Origin: Massalongia carnosa | Taxonomy: Eukaryota | Assembly: GCA_965645245.1 (NCBI GenBank) | Contig: OZ287087.1 | Span: 496,001 to 560,000 of the forward strand | Direction: 5' to 3' | Length of the DNA: 64,000 bases | Part shown: one piece after another, positions 1-12,538 of the stretch | How the letters are laid out: every line of letters begins with the position of its first letter | How positions within the stretch are numbered: the first letter of the stretch is position 1 | Program-made: the position numbers and the translations under genes | Notes under the pieces: model-generated | Told to the model about the DNA's origin: nothing | The model's database searches: none | The model's input: the letters and a program-made list of their open reading frames with translations, nothing else

Positions 1-3000
1 CAGAGAATTGGAAGCTATTGCTCTGTTTTCTCACAGCAATGTAAGTCTACTGCTGTTATTTTTTCACAACCTACTTTTCCACACCTTACGCTAACGTCAA
101 GCTAGTATGAACGATGCTTTGTTAAGTCCTTCGGCTGGTATGATGATAGTGACAGCATATTTATTACTATGGAGTACCTTTCATATGGTGATTTGCATAA
201 GTACCTCAGTTCACCGCTACCAGAGAAGGAAGGACGGCATATCGTTTTTCAGATCCTCGAAGGCTTACAATTCATGCATGATAAAGGGTTCGCTCACAGA
301 GATTTAAAGCCAGCTGTAAGCCTAGCTACATGCATCAATATAATCAGAAACTTAGCTAATACTCTAAGTAATACAGAACATACTAGTTGTGGACAAAGGC
401 CCAGAGTGGTGGGTCAAGATCGCAGACTTTGGAGTCAGCAAGCGGGCAACAGAGGGACTTACAGCATTAAGAACCCAAAGAGGCACACCTGCTTTTATGG
501 CACCAGAAGTACTTGGCTTTATTCAATTGAACGACGAATCAAATGATTCGTATACAAACGCTGTTGATATCTGGTCTCTAAGTGTTATAACATTCTTCAT
601 ACTCACCGGCGAGATTCTTTTCAAAGACCCGCGCCGTCTAGGTCAGTATGTTGCGGGCAACTTTAAATTTCCTTTGAATGTCTTGCTTGTAAACAAAGTA
701 AGCAGACAGGGATGCGACTTCTTAAAAAGCTCAATGGCGTCAAAGTCTGAGGATCGTCCAAGGGCTAATGAATGTTTACAACATTCGTGGTTGGATTTTC
801 TTATAGAAGACGCGGCTCCTGACACTCCAAGGTATTAATTCTTATAGATGGAGACTGAAAATTATTATAATATCTTATAATAATAATGTTGTAGTGTTGC
901 TGATATCTTTGCAGAAAAATCAATGTTACAAAGCCAATGTCAACACCGCTAGACTGTTCAGATCCTGAGCCCTCTGCTAGTTGGAGCACTCAAGACTCAA
1001 TTTCGGCCTACGAGACGCATAGCTCTACGGGCGTGCTTACTAAAAAGACTTTGTCTACTTCTAAGGAAGCAGTAGCACCTTCAAAATCAGAACCAGCGAC
1101 TCAAATCTATTGGCATATGGCAAGCATCGTCAAGGGTCATTTGGGTTCTGTTCGGGCGGTGGCATTCTCGCCAGACGGGAAGCAGATCGCGTCCGCATCG
1201 GGGGACACGACGATCAGGCTCTGGGACTCGGCCACGGGGGCTTCGCGCAACATCCTCAAGGGTCATTTGGCTTCTGTTCGGGCGGTGGCATTCTCGCCAG
1301 ACGGGAAGCAGATCGCGTCCGCATCGGGGGACACGACGATCAGGCTCTGGGACTCGGCCACGGGGGCTTCGCGCAACATCCTCAAGGGTCATTCGGGTTA
1401 TGTTCGGGCGGTGGCATTCTCGCCAGACGGGAAGCAGATCGCGTCCGCATCGGGGGACACAACGATCAGGCTCTGGGACTCGGCCACGGGGGCTTCGCGC
1501 AACATCCTCAAGGGTCATTCGGGTGATGTTCGGGCGGTGGCATTCTCGCCAGACGGGAAGCAGATCGCGTCCGCATCGGGGGACACGACGATCAGGCTCT
1601 GGGACTCGGCCACGGGGGCTTCGCGCAACATCCTCAAGGGTCATTCGGATTATGTTCAGGCGGTGGCATTCTCGCCAGACGGGAAGCAGATCGCGTCCGC
1701 ATCGTGGGACAATACGATCAGGCTCTGGGACTCGGCCACGGGGGCTTCGCGCAACATCCTCAAGGGTCATTCGGGTGATGTTGAGGCGGTGGCATTCTCG
1801 CCAGACGGGAAGCAGATCGCGTCCGCATCGAAGGACACAACGATCAGGCTCTGGGACTCGGCCACGGGGGCTTCGCGCAACACCCTCAAGGGTCATTCGG
1901 GTGCAATTTTCGCGGTGGCATTCTCGCCGGACGGGAAGCAGATCGCGTCCGCATCGCGGGACACGACGATCATGCTCTGGGACTCGGCCACGGGCGTGCT
2001 TGCTGAAAAGACTTTGTATGCTTCTAAGGAAGCAGTAGCACCTTCAAAATCAGAACCAGCAACTCAAATCTATTGGCATATGGCAAGCATCCTCAAGGGT
2101 CATTCGGATGTGGTTGAGGCGGTGGCGTTCTCGCCAGACGGGAAGCAGATCGCGTCCGCATCGGGAGACACGACGATCAGGCTCTGGGACTCGGCCACGG
2201 GGGCTTCGCGCAACATCCTCGACGGTCATTCGGGTGGGGTTCGGGCGATGGCGTTCTCGCCAGACGGGAAGCAGATCGCGTCCGCATCGATGGACACGAC
2301 GATCAGGCTCTGGGACTCGGCCACGGGGGCTTCGCGCAACATCCTCAAGGGTCATTCGCATGTGGTTGAGGCAGTGGCGTTCTCGCCAGACGGGAAGCAG
2401 ATCGCGTCCGCATCGTGGGACACGACGATCAGGCTCTGGGACTCGGCCACGGGGGCTTCGCGCAACATCCTCAAGGGTCATTCGGGTGATGTTGAGGCGG
2501 TGGCGTTCTCGCCAGACGGGAAGCAGATCGCGTCCGCATCGTGGGACAATACGATCAGGCTCTGGGACTCGGCCACGGGGGCTTCGCGCAACATCCTCGA
2601 CGGTCATTCGCATGGGGTTGGGGCGGTGGCGTTCTCGCCAGACGGGAAGCAGATCGCGTCCGCATCGTGGGACATGACGATCAGGCTCTGGGACTCGGCC
2701 ACGGGGGCTTCGCGCAACATCCTCAAGGGTCATTCGCATGGGGTTGGGGCGGTGGCGTTCTCGCCAGACGGGAAGCAGATCGCGTCCGCATCGTGGGACA
2801 ATACGATCAGGCTCTGGGACTCGGCCACGGGGGCTTCGCGCAACATCCTCGAGGGTCATTCGCATGTGGTTAGGGCGGTGGCGTTCTCGCCAGACGGGAA
2901 GCAGATTGCGTCCGCATCGAAGGACAATACGATCAGGCTCTGGGACTCGGCCACGGGGGCTTCGCGCAACATCCTCGACGGTCATTCGCATGTGGTTGGG

Positions 3001-3063
3001 GCGGTGGCGTTCTCGCCAGACGGGAAGCAGATCGCGTCACATCCTCAAGGGTCATTCGGGTAG
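1..3063 (+). CDS. Ser/Thr kinase-WD40 (high-internal-conservation repeats) fusion, copy 1; 5' end lies outside the window
   Basis: Exons <1-40, 106-315, 377-831, 915-3063 with GT..AG introns and CTAAC/CTAAT/CTGAT branch sites splice in frame: HRDLKPA|NILV, DFG, APE, then a linker, 7 WD repeats, a duplicated linker, 7 more repeats and a broken repeat. A ~56-nt deletion at 3038/3039 frameshifts the last repeat (out-of-frame remnant to ~3190). Confidence 0.88.
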
Positions 3064-3147
3064 GGTTGTGGCGGTGGCGTTCTTGCCAGACGGGAAGCAG
3101 ATCGCGTCCGCATCGAAGGACAGGACGATCAGGCTCTGGGACTCGGC
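1135..3147 (+). repeat. 126-bp tandem WD40-coding repeats, two blocks separated by a duplicated linker (1990-2097)
   Basis: Unit [41 protein letters not shown](K/D/E), nearly invariant at the DNA level except a few codons. Confidence 0.97.
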
Positions 3148-4328
3148 CTGGGCTCGGCTACCGGGGCGGCGTAATAAGTTTTTCACATAGAAATTATTAC
3201 GACCTCCATCCCCACCCACCTCCATCGCCCTTTACGTCCTTATATACCATTTTAATCATTGGATTATTAATTCCTGCTTCAAAGAATGTCGCTCTGCTTT
3301 GAAATCTAAGCTACTTCGAAATTCATGTCCTGAAATGTACTTTGCTTTGAAATACACTTTGCTTTGAAATCCTATGTCACGGCGTATAACGACCTCGCGG
3401 TTAAATAAGCTTTACCATTAAGTTAACCGACCTATTAGCCTTGTAGGACGAAAAGGCACAAATCTGTAGTGAGAAACTTCAGTGCTTATTCTACTACGTG
3501 TACGATAGGGGCACATTAATCAGAAAACGACAAGAGTATAAACGAAAAGAGAAAAAAACAACCCTTCCAAAAACGCAGAACAAAGAACGTAGCTTCATGC
3601 GACATCACTACATCACAAACCAAATCCTGTTCCGCTGCCATCAAAACGAGACGAATATGCACATCTACGGCGGACGGTAAATACCAAACCGCCATAACGA
3701 AATTCTTGAGTTTCGAATCGCGACATTGCGACGAAACAACAACGTACATTTATAATTCCACGCTTTCTTCTCTTCCCATTTATTCCTCTCTATTATATAA
3801 AGTTAGTATAGTTCAATGATGGGACTTCGTACGATCTGAAACGTACTCTTCAACCTTGTCTGATATGCTTAAAGCGTCAACCTGCGCTGCCGCTAACTCT
3901 CGAGACAACTGAACATCAGGGTTGTCTTCTACAGAAGACAACGAGACGGTTGTCTCAATTGTACGACGCTCTGACGCAGACGCAGACGACGAAAGAGGGA
4001 GTGCCACATGAGAGAACTGTTGCGTTAAGGGAGGAATAGGTCTGACGATCGCGTACACTCCGTCTATGATGATGATGATGATAAATTCTTACACCGATAT
4101 GTCACCGGCCGAAGGCCGTCCCATGCGGGCGTGGTTCTATATGACTATTGTACATAGGAAAACCTTTTAAGGAATAAAAACCTAGTAACCAAAATTATCG
4201 CCTGCGGGATCCCCATGACCCCTCAGTGTACCTAATAACGTGTATCTGTGAGGTCCTTGAAAGAAAACGGAAAAGAACGAAAGAAAAGGGGAGGAAGTCA
4301 AACATTTCAAATGCTGTGTCGACGGGAA

Positions 4329-5776
4329 CTATCCGTACAGCATGGTCGCTGCAATTGAATACTGTTTTAGTATATCTGCCCGCATTAACCATGCTGTCAG
4401 CTTTTTCAATTTTGCGGAATTTTCAATTATCGTGCGATAATTGTTAGTTTTCACTTGATTAAATAATTCATTTCTTCCGTCTATCAGCTGACAGTGCATG
4501 ATGACGTGTTTGGCCGTCTGCCTTGGCCATCCACATATGCACGCCGGTGAGTTTACATTGGGTACCCTTCGGTTGAAAAGAAAGTTGGCTAGCCCGATTT
4601 TCTCCGTGCGAATTTGCGTTGCTAGTGAACTCTCCGCTTTTGCCAAATTGCTGTGAATTTTTAATCTCTTTTTGTCAAGCGAAGCTTGTTGAGCCTCGGT
4701 GGGGAGTGGAATGCGATTTTGATAAGTCGCCCATGTTGACTTCCATATTTTCATACGATGCTCCATGAGCCGCGTATAATGTGCCCGTTGGGCCGTTCGC
4801 GCTTCTCTCAGCTCCTTGAGATATTCTGGACTGGCCTCGTACCACGGGGGCGCGGAAGGCGGTAATCTGATGGCGGCCTCTCCATTTAAAATTGCCTTGG
4901 CCCATGTGTGTTTCAGTTCTCCGGGTGTTGGCGGCGGAGTTTTTCTTCGACCCGCTCTTTCCCGTAGCTTATTAGCTATTATCTTGCATGCGGAGTTAGC
5001 GAGTGCTTTTTGCCCCGTGATTCGTAGTCGATATCTGGCTTTAGCCTGTAGTTGATCCAAATACACATCTATTGGGGCTATGTGTGTTTCTGCCTCCAGC
5101 ACCGGTATCAGGGTAGCCTTGAACGCTCCGGCGACTGTGCGTAGGCATCTGTTCTGAATGACCACCAATTTGGACGTTATAGATTTATTTCTATTTACGT
5201 CTTTCGGGGTGTGCCAGACGATTGAACCATATGTCATGGCTGGCCGCACCACCGCCGTGTATACTTGCCTGGCCCTAGCGAACGAAGCTCCCCAGGTAGA
5301 CGTGGAAATTTTTGTTAAGGCCATGCTCTGCTTGACCATCTTCTCCTGCGTTTTCCGTATGTGAGCACCCCACTTAAGTTTGGTATCTATTTGAAGACCG
5401 AGTATTCTTATATCCGCTTTTGGTTTGATTAGGCTGTTTTCTATATTAATAGTAGCCGTCATATCAAATTTCTTTGGATTTCTAGATAAATGAATAAGCT
5501 CGTACTTAGTCGGAGCAAATAAGGATCCGTGCCGTAGAGCCAATCTTTCACATTCTCTGTGAATTCTTTCTAGCGTTCTGCAATTTTCTTGCGTGCTTTT
5601 CCCACATGCTAGTACATTGATGTCATCGACGAATCCGAGTCCGCTCGTTTTCGTGCCGGGCCTGTTACATATGTCTAGTAAATCCGCATTGTAGAACAAA
5701 TACAGAATGGGAGAGATGGGTGAACCTTGCGGAATTCCGGTTCTCGCATCAAACTCGTCGGTGGTTCGTCGGTTGA
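4329..5776 (-). pseudogene. Tad1-like LINE ORF2 C-terminal part (RT end + Cys/His knuckle), 5'-truncated
   Basis: GIPQGSPISPILYLFYNADL, GFVDD, and CICGWPRQTAKHVIMHC motifs. Confidence 0.9.
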
Positions 5777-6918
5777 CTAAGAATGATAAAATAGAGTTGA
5801 CATCTCCTTCGTGAAGTCTCTATCCCAGTTTTCGTTCATCTCACTGGTGCGTTTTACGGCCCAAGACTATTGATGAATTCTACGATTGGGGTGAACGACG
5901 TCCCTTTCGCCCAGGTCAAACCCAGTTTACTCCTTAAGCATATATCAAGGGCGAGTCTAGCCGTAGCCCATGCGCCGGCTAACCGACGGGGTCTCGTTAC
6001 GAGCGAGATAGACATTCCCTGCTCTATATACACCGACATGCGCATACTGTCCTCTCGGGATATGCAGACGGTCTCCGTACGGTGGCCGCCATTGCATACC
6101 ACGCCTCACGGGTTTATTACGCCCACTTCGCGTTATTCATAAAGGTCTCCCGTTTATGAACCGACCATGTCTCGCAGGGATTTCGACCACTATGCTCCTG
6201 ACCAGGCAGTATAGTATCGATTTTCCGTCCCTACTAACCAAAACGAGTCGAGGACAACTCGGAGGGGTGCTCGTTTGAAATTCGTCTACTAGCTCAGGGC
6301 CTAGACTGTTATCAATTAACGGGTTCCTCGTACATTGCCCTCTTCTTGTCCCAAGGGTGTCCTATTTGATGACTAGGTTGCCTCCACCATCCCCGGTACG
6401 ACTCCGGTTCGGGCCGTGTTGCTCACGGTAGCCATCAATCGGATGGTTTTCATAACCCAAATCCCTTGTATCGTGTAGGGTGTGACCCTACACTATGTGT
6501 CTATATGTTTTATTTCTTTCAGCCGGAGGCTCCCTGTTGTAGACGAAGGAGACCCGTGTGATAGACATAGCTGACCCGTGTCGTACGTCTTTAGCTCTCA
6601 GCCGATGACTGCATGAAAGGACTTGAACCTTTAAGAGTATGACCGAACGTTGTTAACGAGGTCTATGAAAATCTTATTAACGAGGTCTTCGAGAACAATA
6701 TTAACGAAGTTCCGCTGAACTCTTTTCATTCGTTTTATGATCCATCGAGGTCTACCTGTGTCAAATCCACACCATGCCCGTGTCAAAATACATTATTTTC
6801 AGCTGATGACTGCTAGAAAGGACTTGAACCTCTAAAAATATGTACTCCGATATTAACGGGGTGCAGATCTTTCTTAACGAGCCCCCGCAGAACCCCCTTC
6901 ACAGGGACGTGTTATTGA

Positions 6919-7075
6919 TTTGTGACTGTGTTTTTTGTGACTGTGTGTTTTGTGACTGTGTGTTTTATGACTGTGTGTTTGTGACTGTATGTTTGTGACT
7001 GTGTGCTTTGTGACTGTGTGCTTTGTGACTGTGTGCTTTGTATAACGTGTGATTGATGACTATGTGTTTTGTAAC
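6919..7075. repeat. Degenerate (tgtgactgtgtgt..)n minisatellite inside the ncRNA-like segment; also ~21870-21980 and ~59958-60115
   Basis: Direct reading of the sequence. Confidence 0.9.
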
Positions 7076-7528
7076 TCTCTGTTTTCCTCGATTTTATTTA
7101 ACAGGCCGGGCCTATTAAATGGGATATTGTTATTCTGCTCCGAGATGGAGTTTTCTTGAGGTGACAGCATTCGCCCCGGTGCCTTTACGCGTTCTGTTGA
7201 TCCCAGCTGATTACTGCATGGGGAGACTTGAACTCTCAGGAGCTAGAACGCGTGTCGACTGTGCCCGGGTGGGGGATGATGCGGCTCCTTTGGTCCACAT
7301 CTTCTTCCAGCTGATGACTGCATGAAGGGACTTGAACCCTTAGAAGCATGGTGCAGGGACGCGCGCATTCTACCCCCGGCGGTTGGCCTTCGTATCCTCT
7401 TCCGTACGTACGTCTCCGACGCGTGTGAACGCGTTAAATTAGCATTGTTTTGATGCGAAGAGATAGGAGCAAATCTATAAGTTTGACGGTCGCCCCACGG
7501 TGAGGCCTTTGGCGTCTCCGTGGTGAGG

Positions 7529-7641
7529 ACCGATGGTCCAATGGTGTAGAAGGAGGAGGACCGATGGTGTAGAAGGAGGAGGACCGATGGTGTAGAAGGA
7601 GGAGGATCGATTGTGTAGAAGGAGGAGGACCGATGGTGTAG
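7529..7641. repeat. 23-bp tandem repeat gaccgatggtgtagaaggaggag (~4 copies)
   Basis: Direct reading; retrocopy B is 5'-truncated within this repeat. Confidence 0.85.
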
Positions 7642-9299
7642 GATAGTGTCGACCGTTCTTATTGATCTGGAAAATGATTTTCTCCTTGTCTATCTAAACT
7701 GGAAATTCTAGCTAGCTATATAGACCATTTCGCCACATTCTTTCATAATCTAGATATCTTCCAGCCACTTCTATTTACTAATAGATCATTAGTGATCCGG
7801 AACCCATGCGAGGTACAATGCTTTGAAATCATTGAGTATTAGAAATCAGATATATGGCATAGAAAGAAATAGCATCTGAAAGATCGAGGCCTCGGTTATT
7901 AGTCCGAAATCACGTGCTTTTCCTTCAACAGGATTTTACTTCGGGAATTGGCTTGAACCACGGTCTATTAATATCGACAGATAGCAATGATTTATGATGT
8001 GATAATAATATAATAATGTAATAGTAAATGTGAGAGTAATTTAAATGATCGACGAGGAAGGATATTGCAATTGCAACAAATAATTAGCTGCACCGCGAAT
8101 CAATGGCAATCTTATTGATAATTCAATATCATCAAAAAATTCAATATACTCCTTCAGGGTTACACTCCGTCTATAACATAATTAAATAAAGCAATAAGAT
8201 TCTCACATATTTTAGACATTACGTACGATATCGGCATTGAGCCGAAGAATCTCCCCAAACGCAATTGGCACACGCGCCTTCTCTCAAGACATCTAAACCA
8301 TAGCATCCAATGAAGGGCCCCGATCCTCGTACGCAACGCTTGCACGGAAGATGACGAAGAGCCCCTCGAGATGCTATGATTAGAGCTTAAATATAAGAAG
8401 ACCGGGCTCGATCAATCTGATGTGCCTTGATCACTTCCGCATGCCTTAATTACACATTGCGACCCGTGGGACGTTGCAATAAGAAAACACGCAATTCTTC
8501 GTGCAAAGCATACGGAAGTAACTAAATCAAATTAGAAACATGAATAACAATATGAGACAAGAACTTACCTCAGGAGCTGCAGTCCGCACCATCATAGAAT
8601 GAGTGAGAAGGTCAGCGGCAGAAGACAAAGACGGCACTGAACATAATATATCAGTTCGTACGAGTCACTTACTGTTAGATAGATAAATGATATCATATAC
8701 CGGAAGACATAGTGATGAGGACAATGATGAAAGAAAGAAAGAAGAAAAAATAAGTGAGCTTGAAGACTGCACATGATGATATTCACGGTCACAACACGAG
8801 CTTGCGTTATTTACCCGTACGTTTCATTATTAGACTTTCATATTATATTACACTCTCGATGTCTATTTTAATCTAATTGACTTGCTTGGTTTCACTCTAC
8901 ATATAAGAGTTACTCGTCCTGAACACTGCGTAGAAGTGCAAGTCTTGTTCAGGTATCGTACATATCCCGTACGATTAAGTAGTGCTTGTGCTTGAACTTG
9001 TGCTTGTGCTGTAACTTTAAAAACATACTCACTTTAATAAAGAACAATGTCAGTTTCTCGAGTCGTTCCGTCATCATTAAAAACATGATTCCCAAATATT
9101 CATTATATTATTACAAGATTACGGCAATGTCATTTGACACCTACCGCTCGTACGGGTCATTGTTGAATGATGTATGTAGGGCTCGATGTCGTCAAACTTC
9201 AAATGCTTTCGCTTAAATTTTGAAGTTAGGTTTACTCTATCGTTTTCAATGAAGGTAATAGCTGACTCAAGCCGTACGAAACATAAAACATGTTTACTT

Positions 9300-10393
9300 A
9301 AGAAAAGCCAAAACTAACAACTCCTTTATCAGCCTAATACGAACAGAGATTCAATGGCTCTATTCTTCCGATTTTGAGTCCATCTTGGACCGCGTACGAC
9401 GAGGTGATATCGTTGTCAAGATGGATGTTGGCGGAGAGCGGACAGAAATGGTTCTTTTGCGTAGATTTTCCACAGAAGGAAAAGAAGAATCGGTCAATTC
9501 TTCCTGTAAATTGTTAACAAGAGGATGCAACAACACGTACGAGTCATACCTTGAACATGCGCATCAGAAATCTTTTCCTGTTTGAAGATTTTGTTCTTCT
9601 TGACACATCGTCCGAGTCTTTTCTTTCCAACTTGATTTTAGATTTCGAATTAAATCGAACTCTGATCTTGGGTTTTACAGGAGTCTTCACAGTGTCTTTG
9701 TCCGAGGTGTCTTGCGAGTCGTACGAGGTATCCGGTCTCACCGCAATCACCCATATGTTGTGTTCATTGATTGCAGACTTTTTAAAGTGCTGCAGATATT
9801 CAGTTACATCTCTAGCACTGAGACCCAAATCTGTGGCTCCATGTTTGTCTGACTAGTCACATGCCAAATACACTTCTATGGCAGTGGATTTCAAGTCATC
9901 GTAAGATTTCATTTCTAGTAGGATTGATTTGTTTAGGAAAATGGAAGGATTGAACTCCGTGTGCTCGTTGAGAATTATGTTTGTCATGGCTAATATATTA
10001 ATATAACAACTCCTCACGGAAGAAACGACAGTATAAACACTTACAAACTTTGATCCATTTAACAGTCTTGCTGTTATCAGACAAATCATATTCTCGAATC
10101 ACCAAATGTGCAATTAGCTTATGCACTATGCCAGAAGATACTTGAGATTGAGATCCTGCCTTCCGTACGCTCTTGGCTGGCAATCCAGCATGAGGTTTCA
10201 GAGAAACTTTGGACTTTGGAATGGTTCCCAGTCGTTGAAGATTCACATCCTTCCTATCTCCATACGTGGCAAATCGTTTTGCATGCTGAACTCTACCCCG
10301 ATCTTGAGCCGTTTGTACATTCTGAGCTCTCAGTAGGTTCGTACGAGATTCAAGAATCTCGGGCGAATCGTCTAAGACTATTGAATTTGCCAT
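9300..10393 (-). pseudogene. Uncharacterised, degenerate multi-exon second gene of the Clr5/integrase TIR element
   Basis: Consecutive minus-strand ORF pieces (MANSIVLDDSPE..., MTNIILNEH...) with a GTAAGT..TAG intron near 10043-9990. No recognisable motif; boundaries approximate. Confidence 0.3.
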
Positions 10394-10899
10394 AGACTTT
10401 CCAGAAGTGATTTCCGCTTTCGTAGCAGCAGAACGTGTCGGATTGAAAAAAAAGCAATGAGGACAATGAGGCAAGCTCCAAAAATCGTTATCCGCCACGG
10501 GCGCTTTCGTACAAATTTCTTCCCAAGTTCTGGACGATATGATGTTGAAAATGATATTGAGGACAATGACTCTTGTACAATTATTTTGCAATGGAAAAGC
10601 ACACATCATATAACAGAAACAAGATTTTCGACGCTTGTTCACCGCTAAATCTTGCAATTAGTAAAATTGTCCACGTATCAAACTACTTATTCAGTAACTG
10701 CATGTGGAACGTAAATCGTATGACTGTGGTATATATTATCATAACAAAGTAGTACGTCTGAAAAAAACTAGAACAAATTGTAACCCTGAAAAAAGCCATC
10801 GTACGATCATAACAAGTGAGCTAATCTCTTCTTATAACGCCATATTCAAATCCTTCAGAAAATCATCTTCTTGAGCGTTTTCATCTGGACCCTCCTCTG

Positions 10900-12538
10900 C
10901 TAATCCAGATCTTGCACCATTTCTCGATGCGTATAAACAGCGTCATCGTCAGGCTGCCATTGAAACGTGGCATTAAGCTTTTGACACAAGGTCAAATTCC
11001 GGCTATTGTTGACTTTGAATGTGATCTGTTGCTGCTTGTCGCAGTAGTAAATACGCCACGCAATGCGTACGATCTTGAGATTGATTGGGAAAAGCATCTG
11101 CTGCAGTGATAGTGTTGATGTCAATGTCAAGTCCTTGCATGATTTCTTGAACCCATTGCAAGGTTGTCGCAGGAAGATATTCATCTATGGCTGTAACATC
11201 ATTAGGTCTCGTACGTGAAATGTTGAAGTAATAACATGCTTACGCCATTCTGCCATGTCATCTTGCAAGATTTGTAACAATTCCGCATTTGGCTGAAGGC
11301 GATGATCTTCTGTTCCTTCAGCGGGATAATTGTACAATCTGACAGGTTGACCGGATAAAGAATTGAGTCGCTGACGTTGTTTGCGTATCCTGTGTACATT
11401 CCACAATCGTACGAATCCAAAGATCTCTCGCCGAATGATAGGAGTATAAATAGCTAGAAATGCAATGCAATCGGACAACATATGAGAATCATATAGCTTG
11501 TCTTCTTGCAACATGGAAAAATACGTCTGTAATGTGTTAACGCTTGTCATTGAAAATGTACGAAAGCGATGACTTACTCGCCATCTAAACAAAGAACTCT
11601 TTGTCAGTTGTCCCCACCATGCCTCGATTCGTTGATTCGCTGTACTAGTACCATAGTAATAACATTCCTCAAAAGAAATATCAGGCGATTGCTTCTGCAT
11701 TGACTGATAGTGAGCATTGGCCATCATTGTTGTCTCGGAACCTCTATCCGTACGAATGATCTGAGGTTGGGTGTTTTCTCTTTGCAGAATATCGAAATAT
11801 TGACGCAACACGCTGATACCGGTTCTATTTGTGATACCTACATAAGCGTAAACCTCAAGCCCGTACGCCTTGAGTTTATCGTATCCATCCATAGACCAAA
11901 GATATTCGATCCCGGAATAACGTATTCTCCTCTATGTTGAAGCAAGTCGGAATAACGCAGTTTTATCCCCACAGGATCTAACGTACGAACAGCGGCAAAC
12001 AATCTGTCACTGAAAAGTTATTAGTAACTTAAAATGACGAGTCTCAAAGATTTACACAGGCCGTGAGATAATGTTTCCTTGCGTACGAAAGTGATAGAAT
12101 AATTGTCCTCGTCCGAATCCATCAATAACTCCGGAATCTAGTTCCTGACGCACTAGTCTTTCTGCGTCAGCGTCTGCTTCCGCTTTATTGAAAACAGACA
12201 CTCGTTTGTGTATGCCCATAGATTTTCGAATTCGTTGTAAAGCTCGTGGTGCAATAGTAAAACCTTCTTGCACAAGAGCATGTAGTGTGTCTGCATCATT
12301 GAAGCAAGACTCGTACGTAAGAGCAATAATTCGTAATCTAAGATCAGCAGTATCTGAAGTTATAACATGTGTGCCAAGAATCCAGCTTTTCAAACGTTCG
12401 TTCCAGAGTTCTTCTATTGACTCGTACAGAATGTTTTTGAGATAAAAGATATCTTATTTCTAAGACTGTATGTTTTTTTTGTATCAACCCTGTAACATAC
12501 AGTTTGTATGCTTCCAAATCAATAAATTGTGGAGGCAT
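10900..12538 (-). pseudogene. Clr5-domain + integrase-core transposase, frameshifted
   Basis: N-terminal MPPQFIDLEAYK...VNRRTLER (Clr5-like), then WSMDGYDKL, IIRTDRGSET, GTSTANQRIEAWW. Frameshifts and an apparent internal deletion. Confidence 0.8.

Larger units (their letters stand above)
4068..8160 (-). mobile_element. Chimeric retrocopy A: non-coding RNA-like segment (5777-8160) fused to a 5'-truncated Tad1-like LINE (4068-5776)
   Basis: (ATC)n tail at 4068-4082; 14-bp TSD tacactccgtctat at 4054-4067 and 8161-8174 encloses both parts. Confidence 0.85.
5777..8160 (-). ncRNA. Unknown non-coding, structured sequence (WEIRD-like), copy A
   Basis: No long ORF. Four conserved GTTCAAGT hairpin modules. 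Same 3' end (...ttatcattcttag) in independent retrocopies. Confidence 0.5.

Noticed and set aside
1087..2991. Long antisense and alternative-frame ORFs over the WD arrays (also 19739-20298, 47730-48937)
   Set aside because: By-products of a GC-rich 126-bp repeat lacking stops in other frames; no independent gene signals.
1135..3147. CRISPR-like or DGR-like look of constant repeats with short variable patches
   Set aside because: Repeats are in-frame protein-coding units in a spliced eukaryotic gene. There are no unique spacers, cas genes or adenine-specific template/variable pair.
5854..6142. Small ORFs conserved in the ncRNA-like copies
   Set aside because: Non-ATG starts and no motifs; conservation is explained by recent copying.
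6595..7352. Hammerhead ribozyme reading (CTGATGA...GAAA on the + strand)
   Set aside because: The core is not conserved among modules (CCGATGA, CTGATTA; GAAG, GGGA), the GAAA belongs to a covarying stem, and stem II is not formed.
5777..8160. Telomerase RNA as the identity of the ~2-kb ncRNA
   Set aside because: No CTAACCCTAA-type template seen on the inferred transcript strand.
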